A stretch of 64,000 nt of DNA, taken from positions 1,280,001 through 1,344,000 of the forward strand of contig CAVSHF010000003.1 in assembly GCA_963727805.1 (NCBI GenBank). Direction: 5' to 3'. The DNA comes from an uncultured Nitrospiraceae bacterium (GTDB taxonomy: Bacteria > Nitrospirota > Thermodesulfovibrionia > Thermodesulfovibrionales > Dissulfurispiraceae). Each line of letters begins with the position of its first letter. Within the stretch, counting starts at the first letter, position 1. Below the pieces are notes generated by a model. It saw nothing but the letters and a program-made list of their open reading frames with translations, searched no databases and was not told the DNA's origin. Made by a program: the position numbers and the translations under genes. Of this stretch, positions 39,486 through 49,955 are shown one piece after another.

Positions 39486-39833
39486 TACTATACCGTCGGG
39501 CTAAGAAATACTATTATGCCAATCGTTGAAGTCGGTACAGATAGTACAACATGCCATGTGTAATAGCAGAAATTAGCATCCATGATCATCAATTTCAAAT
39601 ATTTGAGAAACCAACTATGTCAAACATAGAGCCAAGCTCAGATGCAGAATTCTAGAAGAAATTTGTCTATTGCTTAGCTCGCCAGATAACAGACTTCCAG
39701 AAAGAACAGGATCCAACACTTGTGACCAATAAATCCAAGTTTTTTGCACAAATGAGTATGCTTGATATATTTATTTTATTGCTACTTGAAGAGGAAGAAG
39801 TGGGATTTTAACGTCATAAGTCTCGCATCTCAG

Positions 39834-40471
39834 GTCGAGTAGGCCGGTGGAATCGCACCACCAGCCCCTCACAGATTCCGTACGTGAACCTCTCGATTCA
39901 TACGGCTCGTGTCAATCATCAAGTTGAGTCTTTGCAGTCTCAACCATACACATTGAGCGATAGTTCCTCCTGGTCACCCAGTTGACTGGTACTCTTTGTG
40001 GATTGACCCATCCCCTTCCCTCCACGGCTTATTATCACCGCTTCATCGGTACTATTGGACGGTCCGACCCCTTCACCTGCATCGATACTTTCCCCCTTCG
40101 TTTGCACTTATAGGGTTTTCTCTTAGCATCAGATGAAGAGTTCCCGCGTTCCACACAGGAGCCTAGATCAGCTTCATGCCGCCTCTATGCCGGACGCCGT
40201 TCAGGCAGTAAACAGGTATCTCCTGAACTAATCCTGATGCAAAGTAAGAACATCAGTTTTGACGTCGTCCTTTTCCTTTCGACACCTCATCAGCGGTTCG
40301 CTTACGCTCATCTCTCTGATCCATCCCTGACACGATCTAGTCGTGCCTTTTCCTTTAACGCTCACCACCGGAGCCTTTCGACTACAGCAGCTTAAGGTGG
40401 GTTGAAGCCTGCTCCTGCAAGCCGGCTTCGAGGGGCCAACCCTCATCTTCCTGTGCAGCCTCGTGGCGCAC
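39834..40471 (-). ncRNA. Group II intron ribozyme lacking an intron-encoded protein (638 nt)
   Basis: 5' GTGCG, domain V GAGCCGTATGAATCGAGAGGTTCACGTACGGAATC with AGC triad, domain VI ending CCTACTCGAC, closed ~97-nt domain IV, and EBS1/IBS1 match of 5/6. Confidence 0.88.
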
Positions 40472-40763
40472 TTATTTCTGGAAGTCGACACGACATAATT
40501 GCATGAAATATTTAACATACAAGCGGAAGTCTAAATACTTTTGCCGCCGAACAAGGGATGGTAATATCAAACTGGTGTAACAGCGACGTGCCACTCAATC
40601 ATGATGCAGCAATCACGCTGCAAAGCCTTCGGTGGTTATCGTCTCGTGGTGAATCATCCACCTCTTTTGTTTAGTATTACTGCATAAAAAAACCGGTACC
40701 AAAGTGGATCGGCTTTGCACTAATGGTATAATTACGTCTAACACTAATTGAGAGGTATTCGAA

Positions 40764-41621
40764 ATGCATCTATTCCAAATTCTTGTTCTGGCAATAATCC
40801 AAGGGGCTGCCGAGCTGTTGCCGGTTTCAAGCTCTGCACATGTCATTGTAGCGGAAAAATTGATGGGGCTCGACCCGACTAGCCCCGAGATGACTCTCTT
40901 GCTAGTGATGCTTCACACCGGCACCATGTTTGCCGTTATTTTCTACTTCTGGAGGTCTTGGAAGGAGAGCTTTTTTGCTTCTCAAAAAGTATTCATGAAT
41001 TCCATTAAGCTCATCGCCGTGGCGACTTTTTTGACGGGGATAATAGGTCTAGTGCTGAAATCACTTATTGAAAGATTCGTGCTAGGAAATGTCGCACATG
41101 CCGAAATCGAACTTCTGTTTGGCAACCTGTTTCTGATATCGGCATCTCTTGCAACTGTTGGAGTCTTGATCATGGTTGCCGGTTGGAAGAGCCGCTCCGG
41201 ACATAAAACCTCCATGGACCTGAAAAGGTCCTGTCTGATCGGGATCGTGCAGGGCCTGTGTTTGCCCTTTCGTGGGTTTTCCCGTTCAGGAGCAACTATA
41301 TCTACCGGTCTTCTTTTGGGGATCGATAAAATAAGGGCCGAGGAATTCAGCTTCGCACTTGCGGTCGTCCTCACGCCGCCTGTCATCGCCCGTGAAGTCT
41401 TTCGATTGCTTAAGGCACAACATTCTGCGACATTTAATACGGCGGATATGGTCGCGCTTTTCTATCCGAGCCTGATCGGCATGGCTCTAAGCTTTATCTC
41501 GGGCATTCTGGCCCTAAAATGGCTCTCAAGCTGGCTGGATCGAGGCCGTTGGCATCTGTTCGGGATTTATTGTCTATGCGGTGCTGTTATTGTTTTTCTG
41601 CTTCATAGCAACGGATTGTAA
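40764..41621 (+). CDS. uppP: Undecaprenyl-diphosphate phosphatase
   Basis: IQGAAELLPVSSSAH, HTGT, GFSRSGATI, AEEFSF. Confidence 0.93.
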   Translation: MHLFQILVLAIIQGAAELLPVSSSAHVIVAEKLMGLDPTSPEMTLLLVMLHTGTMFAVIFYFWRSWKESFFASQKVFMNSIKLIAVATFLTGIIGLVLKSLIERFVLGNVAHAEIELLFGNLFLISASLATVGVLIMVAGWKSRSGHKTSMDLKRSCLIGIVQGLCLPFRGFSRSGATISTGLLLGIDKIRAEEFSFALAVVLTPPVIAREVFRLLKAQHSATFNTADMVALFYPSLIGMALSFISGILALKWLSSWLDRGRWHLFGIYCLCGAVIVFLLHSNGL

Positions 41622-42196
41622 TATGCTGCTGCCTTGATAATTTGATGTCCTTGCAGCAAAATATCTGCATTTCTGGTTATTGATAGAGCAAATTTTCTTT
41701 TTATTTTAACCCGTGACATCGACGACCCAGTGAGAGCAACGCGTCGCATCCTCCTTACAATGTTGCCAAAAACGTGTGGTCATGGAATTGATGTCGTTCT
41801 CATCGACAACGGAGTATACAGTCAGTGGATAAACATCTGACTTCCTTATCGAGCACCCGTTCTTTTTTCCCCTCCTATTCGAATGTCGCATTTGCACTAA
41901 TTTGACTTTCTCTTCTCTTTCTAAAGTTTCCGATAAAGCTATCATCCAGCCTGCGATCAGCCACTTTTCCCCCTGACGGGCGAAGAACGCAACCTTTGCA
42001 GTTTCAATAGTCGATAGTCTTAGCACTGTTTAGCAAACTTTCAACTTGTAGTAAAGGCAGCACAATCTCAAAAGTCTTAAAGGCATTGAATTCAAGAGGA
42101 AGTGATCATAAGGCCGTAGCTCTTCCTCGCTTCATTGTGCATCTATCAGCTTGCAGGCGGTACGCTTGGATCAAGAGACCGATGAATCTCTCTTTT

Positions 42197-42490
42197 TTAC
42201 ACCTTGCAAAAATCGTATCTACCAACTCCTTGAACCAGTAAATACTCGGCTTTAGCATTACCAATATTATTTACCCGATGTACCTGCATGGAATGGAGTT
42301 GTAAATGCTGACCAGGAAGAAGTTGCATCTTCTCATCGGGTTCTCTCCTTTCCACTTGCACTACTCCAGTTAAACAAACAAAGAAATCTACCACTTGCGT
42401 GTGAAAATGCCAATCTGTAGCAGTACCGTGGTCGAGTTCCATTATTCTAACCGATACATCATCTGTCTTCATAATTACACGATTAATCAT
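42197..42490 (-). CDS. Cupin-domain protein
   Basis: WHFHTQVVDFF...G, LLPGQ, VHRVNN. Confidence 0.75.
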   Translation of the reverse strand: MINRVIMKTDDVSVRIMELDHGTATDWHFHTQVVDFFVCLTGVVQVERREPDEKMQLLPGQHLQLHSMQVHRVNNIGNAKAEYLLVQGVGRYDFCKV

Positions 42491-42722
42491 GCCTTTTTAC
42501 CTCCCGAGGATTATCTATCGTTGCGACCAAGTATCTATCTTAGTGACATGCATTTTTCTTTTTGGGCCCATTCAGAACAGTAACTGTATTTTATATCTCT
42601 CGATTCGCCCCAGATCGGGCTCATGGTAATTATTTGGTTCCAGACTTACAACCTCTGACAGCAGATGCAAAATGAGTGGCCAAGTTTCTGAATCGTTTTA
42701 AAGGGTCTCCCGCATAACGCTA

Positions 42723-44180
42723 TTACCATTTCCCGATTGTACTGGCCGGAGAGAAACTCGTGTCTTGTCTCCCATTTTCTAATTTGTCAGCCACGACTCC
42801 CCATCCCCCTCCCATCGCCTTGTACAAATTGATCATGGCTTGAAAGAGTGCTCCTTGCGTTTGCGCGTAACTGAGTTCAGCGTTGAAGAGGTTACGTTCA
42901 GCGTCAAGCACAGTGATGTAGCTGGTATATCCGTTATCATACCGGAGCCGTGCTACCCGAGCGTATGTGTGCAGTGCTCCAACTTGTCGCGCTTGAGCCG
43001 CAAGCTGTTCCCGGGTACGATCTTGGTCGACGAGAGCGTCCTCTACATCCCGGAAGGCATTCTGGATCGTCTGCTGATACTGAAGAAGCGTTTCCTCCCG
43101 AATAGCCTCGGCTGTCTGGACCTGTCCGGAGATCCTCCCACTCGTAAAAATTGGAACAGTTATAGGTGCGACCCAATTCCAAGCGCGTGCGGGGCCCGTG
43201 AAAAGACTCGATAGTTTGGTACTTTCCCCAGCGAACATGCCTGTCAGAGTAATATCAGGGAAATACTGAGACCTTGCGACGCCGATCTGCGCATTGGCAG
43301 CTATGAGATTTTGCTCGGCTTGGCATATGTCGGGCCTCTGTGCAAGAATGTCCGACGGAAGCCCTGCGGGGACGGAAGGCATGCCTAAAACATTTAAAGT
43401 TTTACCCCTTTCAATGGGTCCCGGATTGCGGCCAAGGAGTATGCTCAGGGCATCCTCCTGCTGTGCAATAGCCTTTTCTAAGGGAGGAATGGTTGCAGAT
43501 ACTTGTTCGTATTCAGACTCGGCCTGACTCAGTTCCAACTCAGAGACGTAACCTGCTCGGAAGCGGACTTGGAATATCCGGTATGATTCTTCGCGAGTTT
43601 TCGCGGTATTCCGGGCTATTTCCAACTGATGGTCCAGGTCGATCAGATTCACATAGGCGCTAGCAACGGATGTTACAAGCGTGAGGATAACGCCTCTTCG
43701 TCCCTCCTCATTACTCAGCACACTGGCAATTGCAGCCTCGGTTCCACGCCGAAGTTTACCCCAAAGGTCAATTTCCCAACTAGCCGATAATGACACCTGA
43801 TACTGATTGAAGGGGTTAGGGGTGCCTGCAGGCAGAGGAACCTGCCCGAGTGCAGAGGTTCGCTCACGCTGCACGCTGGTATTGCCGAAAACCTGAGGGA
43901 AAAGAGATGAACGGGCGAAGGTATACCTTCCCATGAACTCTTCCACACGGAAAGCTGCAATCTTGAGGTCCTTATTATTAGAGAGGGCAGTGCTGATCAG
44001 TTTGGTCAGCACCTGGTCATTGAATTGCTCCCACCATGCTGTGTTTGCAACGTCTTTTGCTTCCTTGTTCTCAAATCTCCATGCTTGAGGGATGTCGACC
44101 GAGGGGCGTTTGTAATTCGGACCGACCATGCAGCCGAAAAGAGTCAAGGCTACGAGCATAGTTAAGGCGACTCTTTGCAT
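42723..44180 (-). CDS. RND efflux outer-membrane lipoprotein (NodT/OprM family)
   Basis: LFGCMVGPNYKRP, SWEIDLWGKLRR, QRPDI, LYKAMGGGW. Confidence 0.93.
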   Translation of the reverse strand: MQRVALTMLVALTLFGCMVGPNYKRPSVDIPQAWRFENKEAKDVANTAWWEQFNDQVLTKLISTALSNNKDLKIAAFRVEEFMGRYTFARSSLFPQVFGNTSVQRERTSALGQVPLPAGTPNPFNQYQVSLSASWEIDLWGKLRRGTEAAIASVLSNEEGRRGVILTLVTSVASAYVNLIDLDHQLEIARNTAKTREESYRIFQVRFRAGYVSELELSQAESEYEQVSATIPPLEKAIAQQEDALSILLGRNPGPIERGKTLNVLGMPSVPAGLPSDILAQRPDICQAEQNLIAANAQIGVARSQYFPDITLTGMFAGESTKLSSLFTGPARAWNWVAPITVPIFTSGRISGQVQTAEAIREETLLQYQQTIQNAFRDVEDALVDQDRTREQLAAQARQVGALHTYARVARLRYDNGYTSYITVLDAERNLFNAELSYAQTQGALFQAMINLYKAMGGGWGVVADKLENGRQDTSFSPASTIGKW

Positions 44181-44181
44181 G

Positions 44182-47100
44182 TCAGTCGGTCTCCTTTGAG
44201 GACGGCTTTTCTTCTGTTGTCAATCCTTTCTGTTTGCCATGTTCGGCCGCAACCTTCGTTTTGCCCTTGCTGAATTTTTCAATGATGTAGAACATCATGG
44301 GGATCAGAAATATGGCAATGCATGTTGCAGCAAGCATGCCGCCGATAACACTAGTGCCCATTACCTCCCGGGCCTTAGCACCGGCGCCGCTAGCGATTGC
44401 AAGTGGCAGACAGCCGAATATGAATGCAAAGGAAGTCATCAAAATTGGACGCAATCGCAACCGAGCTCCCGTAAGAGCCGCCTCTTTGAGATCCTTGCCC
44501 TTTTCATATTCGTTCTTGGCAAATTCAACGATGAGGATCGCATTCTTCGCTGCAAGGCCAATTAGTACGACAAGGCCCACCTGCGCGTAAATGTTGAATT
44601 CCATCCCCCTGATCAGAAGAGCTGCGAATGCGCCAAACACGGCAATGGGAGTACCGAGTAACACGCTGAACGGTAATGACCAGCTCTCATAGAGAGCTGC
44701 CAGAATCAAAAATACAAACAAAAGAGAAAGCATAAAGACGGCCTCAGGCGACACTCCCTGCTGGGCGAGCTTCTCCTGAAACGACATCCCCAGGTAATCG
44801 AAGCCCATATCAGACGGCATGGTATTAGCGAAAACTTCTTCCAGAGCTTTCATCGCTTGTGATGATGTGTAGCCGGGAGCAGCCGTGGCATTGATTTGCG
44901 CAGATCGGAACAGATTATAGCGCATGGTAAATTCAGGTCCAGTGCGTCGTTCGATATGTGTCACCGCCGCAAGCGGCACAGGGTCGCCATTTGAGTTGCG
45001 AACATAGAACTGACCCACCTGCTTCACATCCTTCCGATAGTCTCCCTCGGCCTCTACGTAGACCTGCCATTGTCTACCGAAGCGGTTGAAGTAGTTTACA
45101 AATTGCCCCCCCATGAATGCCTGAAGAGTTCCATAGACTTGGCCGAGGTCTACGCCTTGACTTAGTACCTTATCACGGTCTACTTCCACAAAATACTGCG
45201 GAACGCTGGGCAGCAGTGAGGTACTTACTCGCCCCAATTCTGGTCGCTTTTGGGCTGCAGCAATGAACTTTTGAGTATTCTCGGCAAGAAAATTGATATC
45301 TTTACCGGCACGGTCTTCGAGGACAAAGGTCACCCCCCCTGCCGTACCGACCCCTTGAATGGCTGGCGGTGAAAAAGAGAACGCAAGTCCCTGCGGCAGT
45401 TGACTAAGCTCCCGGTTGAGCCGTGCCATGATGGCCGAGGATCTCTCTTCCGGACTCTTTCGCTTGTCCCATTCCTTGAGTGTGACGAAAAAAAAACCGC
45501 TATAAGTGTTTCGAACATAGCTTAATAGGCTAAACCCGGAAACCCCAACCAAGCCCTCTACCCCCGGGGTGTTCAAGATAATGTTCTCCACCTGATGACT
45601 TGCCTCCGTGGTGCGCTGCAGAGAAGAAGTATTTGGCAGTTGTAGGCCGGTATAGAGGTACCCCTGATCCTCTTCAGGAAGAAAGCCACCGGGTATTTGT
45701 TCCTTGAGCAGGAAGGCTCCAACAGCCATGACCACAAGAATGACAAATCCAATCGCTGCCTTGCGCATTACGAACGAAGATAAATTAATATAGCCTTCGG
45801 TAGTACGCTTGAATGTGCGGTTGAACCAGCGGTAAAACAAGCCCATTGGGCCGCGCACTTCTTTTTTTGGGCGGAGCAGGATCGAGCAAAGGGCTGGGCT
45901 AAGCGTCAAGGCATTGAAGGCGGAAAGAAGCATTGATATCGCGATAGTGACAGCGAACTGCTGGTAAAGCCGCCCCGTGATACCGGGGAGGAAGACAGTG
46001 GGAAGAAAAACAGATGCTAAGACAAGTGCTATGGCTGTAACCGGGCCAGCAACCTCCTCCATCGCCTTCACAGCCGATTCTTTTGGTGATAATCCTTCTT
46101 CAATGTGACGCTCCACCGACTCAACCACAACGATGGCATCGTCCACAACAAGTCCTATTGCCACAACCATCCCCATGAGGGCAATAGGATTAACCGAAAA
46201 ACCAAGCAGGGGGAAAAAGGCAAAGGTACCTATAAGCGAGACAGGCACAGCGATAGCAGGAATAAGCGTCGCTCGCCACCCCTGGAGGAATACGAAAACT
46301 ACGATGATCACCAAGATAAGAGCTATGATGAGGGTCTCAACAATCTCTTTAATACCAGCGGTAACTGGACGGGTCGTATCAAGGGCAATTGTGTACTCCA
46401 GATCGCTGGGAAAAGATTCCTTGAGCCGTGCCATCACTTTCTTGACACCCTCCGCCGCATCCAGAGCGTTTGTGCCAGGCAACTGGAAAAGCGCAAGGAT
46501 CCCTGACGGTTTGCCATTGAAGCGTCCCTGGATGTTGTAGTCTTGGGCGCCCAACTCAATTCGGGCGACATCTCTCAATCTTACAAGAGAGCCATCTGAG
46601 TTGGCGCGCAATACAATCCTTCCGAATTCTTCAGGTTCAACAAGGCGTCCTTGAGCCCGGACTGCATAGGTGAAATCTTGGCCCTGGGGAATAGGTTCGC
46701 CGCCTACTTGCCCGGCGGGGTTAACTGTATTCTGTTTTTGCACAGCGTCAATAATCTCTGGTATTGTGATACTAAGCTTTGCCAGGACATCCGGCCGCAC
46801 CCAGCATCTAATGGCATATTGCCCGGCCCCAAAGACTGTAACACTGGCGATTCCTTTAACTCGAGTCAGTTGATCGTTTATGTGGATATAGGCATAGTTG
46901 GCCAGGAAAGTTGAATCATAGGTTCCTTTGGGCGACGTCAGGGCAATGAGAATGAACGGTGCAGAGAGAGATTTCTGGACCGTCACTCCGAAATTTCGCA
47001 CATCGATCGGAAGCTGTGATTCTGCCTGTGCTTGACGCAGTTGAGCAAGGACCTGATCAGTGTTCGGGTCGGTCTTCACATCGAAGTTCACAATCAGCCG

Positions 47101-47364
47101 CATCAAGCCATTGTTTGGACTAAGCGAATACATGTAGTTCATATTGTCAACACCGCTCATTTGTTGCTCGATGGGGGTGGCCACAGATTGCTCAATTGTC
47201 AGCGCATCGGCACCAACGTAAGTTGTTTGGACAAGAATCTCTGGTGGGACAATATTGGGATATTGCGCTACCGGTAGCCTTGCCAAAGACACCAAGCCGA
47301 CAATGACCATGATTATCGCTATGACCATCGCCACAATTGGGCGTCTTATAAAGAAGCGGTACAT
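44182..47364 (-). CDS. RND multidrug efflux permease (HAE1, AcrB-like)
   Basis: FFIRRPIVA, AIGLVVDDAIVVVE, GLAAKNAILIVE, RLRPILMTS. Confidence 0.95.
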   Translation of the reverse strand: MYRFFIRRPIVAMVIAIIMVIVGLVSLARLPVAQYPNIVPPEILVQTTYVGADALTIEQSVATPIEQQMSGVDNMNYMYSLSPNNGLMRLIVNFDVKTDPNTDQVLAQLRQAQAESQLPIDVRNFGVTVQKSLSAPFILIALTSPKGTYDSTFLANYAYIHINDQLTRVKGIASVTVFGAGQYAIRCWVRPDVLAKLSITIPEIIDAVQKQNTVNPAGQVGGEPIPQGQDFTYAVRAQGRLVEPEEFGRIVLRANSDGSLVRLRDVARIELGAQDYNIQGRFNGKPSGILALFQLPGTNALDAAEGVKKVMARLKESFPSDLEYTIALDTTRPVTAGIKEIVETLIIALILVIIVVFVFLQGWRATLIPAIAVPVSLIGTFAFFPLLGFSVNPIALMGMVVAIGLVVDDAIVVVESVERHIEEGLSPKESAVKAMEEVAGPVTAIALVLASVFLPTVFLPGITGRLYQQFAVTIAISMLLSAFNALTLSPALCSILLRPKKEVRGPMGLFYRWFNRTFKRTTEGYINLSSFVMRKAAIGFVILVVMAVGAFLLKEQIPGGFLPEEDQGYLYTGLQLPNTSSLQRTTEASHQVENIILNTPGVEGLVGVSGFSLLSYVRNTYSGFFFVTLKEWDKRKSPEERSSAIMARLNRELSQLPQGLAFSFSPPAIQGVGTAGGVTFVLEDRAGKDINFLAENTQKFIAAAQKRPELGRVSTSLLPSVPQYFVEVDRDKVLSQGVDLGQVYGTLQAFMGGQFVNYFNRFGRQWQVYVEAEGDYRKDVKQVGQFYVRNSNGDPVPLAAVTHIERRTGPEFTMRYNLFRSAQINATAAPGYTSSQAMKALEEVFANTMPSDMGFDYLGMSFQEKLAQQGVSPEAVFMLSLLFVFLILAALYESWSLPFSVLLGTPIAVFGAFAALLIRGMEFNIYAQVGLVVLIGLAAKNAILIVEFAKNEYEKGKDLKEAALTGARLRLRPILMTSFAFIFGCLPLAIASGAGAKAREVMGTSVIGGMLAATCIAIFLIPMMFYIIEKFSKGKTKVAAEHGKQKGLTTEEKPSSKETD

Positions 47365-47385
47365 GATGAGTTATCGTCTCATTGA

Positions 47386-48588
47386 CTATGGGTTGGATTC
47401 AGGTTTTGGCGCGACGCCTTGGCCGGTTGTACTGTTTGGGGTAAACGGCTTTGGAGAGACTAATAAGCCCTGTTTCACCTTTTGGATCCCTTCTACTACA
47501 ACTCGCTCCCCTGGCTTCAACCCATCGTCGATTAGCCAAAGGGTCCCGAATCTATCTCCAGTCTTGACTGTCCGGATGTCTACTATGTTGTCAGATCCCA
47601 CTACCGCTACCTGCTGGCGTCCCTGAAGTTCAGTTACAGCCCGTTGTGGGATGAGGAGGGCTCCCTTATTTGTGCCGATCAAAACACGCACTCTCACAAA
47701 CTGCCCGGGCCGAAGTAAGTGGGCAGGGTTCGGAAAAAGTCCCGCCACTCGCTGCGTGCCCGTTCTAACATCTATCTGTCGACCGGCGGCATAAAATCTT
47801 CCTTTTTGCTGATAAATCGATCCATCCGCCAGGACTAGTTCTAGTTGCAGCTTTTTTGCATGTTCAAGACCTTCCGCCTGAGTCGAGAACCGTTTCATGA
47901 AATTGATGTACGCCTGTTCATTGACAGTATAGTAAACTTTGATCGGATCAACGGTAGAAACAACTGCCAACTCTCCTGCCTGAGAAGGGCCAACCAAATC
48001 CCCAACCTGTGCCCTGGCGATGCCAGCGATACCATAAATAGGAGAGGTTATTTTTGTAAATCCAAAGTCGAGCCGGGCTTTCTCTACAGCAGCTCGAGCA
48101 GCCGTGACCCCGGCAAGAGCTGACTGCTCCGCGCCAATGGCATCGTCCAAATCTTTCTTGCTAAGCGCGTTCTCAGCGGCCAGAGGCTTGACTCTAGTAA
48201 GATTTGCTCTGGCATTTTCATACTGAGCTTCTTGCTGGGCAAGGGTACCCTTTGCCTGATCCAATGCAGCTTGGAAAGGACGGGGGTCAATCTCAAACAT
48301 CACCTGTCCTTTGTTCACAATTTCGCCCTCGGTATAGTCCTGCTTGATCAAATATCCTGTCACCTGAGCTCTGATCGTAGCGTTGACAAAGCCGTCAGTG
48401 GTGCCAACCCACTCGTGAATGATCGGAACATCTTGCTGAAGGACTTCCATTACTTCCACAGTCGGAGGTGATGGTGCAGTTTTCTGCTCTTTTTTGCATC
48501 CAAGTAAAAATGAAAGACAAACACAATAGATAGCGACGAGAACAAATTTAGAAGGCAAGAAATCCTTTGTCCTTGATATCATTTCCAC
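47386..48588 (-). CDS. RND periplasmic adaptor (MFP)
   Basis: LLGC lipobox, IRAQVTGYL, EIDPRPF, TKITSPIYG, LRPGQF. Confidence 0.93.
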   Translation of the reverse strand: MEMISRTKDFLPSKFVLVAIYCVCLSFLLGCKKEQKTAPSPPTVEVMEVLQQDVPIIHEWVGTTDGFVNATIRAQVTGYLIKQDYTEGEIVNKGQVMFEIDPRPFQAALDQAKGTLAQQEAQYENARANLTRVKPLAAENALSKKDLDDAIGAEQSALAGVTAARAAVEKARLDFGFTKITSPIYGIAGIARAQVGDLVGPSQAGELAVVSTVDPIKVYYTVNEQAYINFMKRFSTQAEGLEHAKKLQLELVLADGSIYQQKGRFYAAGRQIDVRTGTQRVAGLFPNPAHLLRPGQFVRVRVLIGTNKGALLIPQRAVTELQGRQQVAVVGSDNIVDIRTVKTGDRFGTLWLIDDGLKPGERVVVEGIQKVKQGLLVSPKPFTPNSTTGQGVAPKPESNP

Positions 48589-49280
48589 CTAGAAAAACCC
48601 CCTGCTTAATTTAGATAATAATAACGCAGGAATATATTGCTGCTGGTCTGTTTCCCATATCGCTTACTAAGAAACTATACATAAAATTCCATGCGACCGC
48701 AAGTCGAATCAAAGTTCTTATGAACTCGGCGAACCAGTGGAAATATCCCCAACTGTAGCTGACAAAAAACGAACGATCAACCGTGTCCTCGTTGATCAGA
48801 TATTGAGAGTTTAGTTCGCAGATATTCTTACATAGATCCGAAATGTGCTCTGCCTTTGATTCCCCAAAATGCTCTTCGTGGAAATAGGAATGTTAGTGGT
48901 TTAGTTTAACGCAAGATTGTGTAATTTATTACTTTAAGCTTTTATCCAAGCAAGTCTCAAGAGAAAAGCGAAATCAGAAAATGACTTCCCGAAATTAACA
49001 AAGATTATCCATAATCCGTGTCATCTCTCGTAGACTTCAGGGAGTGATTACCAGAAAAAAGTATTCTCTGATATCTCACTTTTTTGGGGGGGTGTAAAAT
49101 CGCAAATAAACACTTTTCCGACATGCCCGCAAGTGAATAGCTATAGGTGTAACAAACGGCCAGAGAGACTTGGTCGGTACACGTATTTCTCTGTGAAATT
49201 GACAATGGAGAACAAGACCTAATCGCTTTTTTGCCGTCTATAGGTCAAACCGTGTCAACGATACATATTGAGAATGTTAT

Positions 49281-49826
49281 CTACTTTTGCCATAGCGAGC
49301 GACGAAACTCCCATGGCGGAGCCGCATTTGAGTCTTGCCATAGCCCTAACCGTTGCTCACGAGCGTCTCTTTCAGCGCCCATATAATACCAATCATCAGG
49401 TCGTTTTAGATGTTGCCTATAGGCCCAAGCATATCCCAGTCTCACCATCTCGAGGTTCACATCCATGCCATTATTTTCGATTCGGCACACCTCTCTTTTA
49501 TACGTCTTAGCGCCTGTCAGAGTGACCTGAACGGTCTGTCCTAGGATCATTTTCTTAAGGGCAGTTGTTGCCTCTTCACCGTATGGCTGCCCAGGCTTCT
49601 TAAGACGGCCCTTTCTGGTATACTTTGGCGTCTCGGGAGCATCGATACCGTAAAGCCGGCATATGAAAAATGATCTATCCATGACCGGATTGATAACGAC
49701 AGTATCACCATCAGTCACTTTCATAACCTTACCGGTGATAGTTTTTTCCACGGCATGGGACGAAACAGTAAATAGTAAAAGCAGTAGAGGAACGAGGAGA
49801 ATATATATGGTCTTTATTCTATGCAT
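49281..49826 (-). CDS. Secreted thermonuclease (SNase family)
   Basis: Signal peptide, VTDGDT, RLYGIDAPE, VNLEMVRLGYAWAY, GLW...PPWEFR. Confidence 0.9.
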   Translation of the reverse strand: MHRIKTIYILLVPLLLLLFTVSSHAVEKTITGKVMKVTDGDTVVINPVMDRSFFICRLYGIDAPETPKYTRKGRLKKPGQPYGEEATTALKKMILGQTVQVTLTGAKTYKREVCRIENNGMDVNLEMVRLGYAWAYRQHLKRPDDWYYMGAERDAREQRLGLWQDSNAAPPWEFRRSLWQK

Positions 49827-49955
49827 AGGAAATTATATCAGAAAATTACTATTACATTTTTGATAGGATTTTGATTTCAGGGAATCTTCCCCTCCTATGA
49901 CAGAAAACTGACAGAATCATGCAGGAAGAAAATCTTCGCCAATATTATGGCGTTA

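Noticed and set aside
39805..40520. Integron attC site as the intron target
   Set aside because: No proper RYYYAAC/GTTRRRY pair, no integrase or cassette array, and domain V is not of the short class C type.
40510..40537. dif/XerD-like arm (GTATGTTAAAT on the minus strand) beside the intron
   Set aside because: No matching XerC arm at 6-bp spacing. It is a half-site in AT-rich DNA.
41706..42026. 106-aa minus-strand ORF
   Set aside because: No RBS or recognisable domain.
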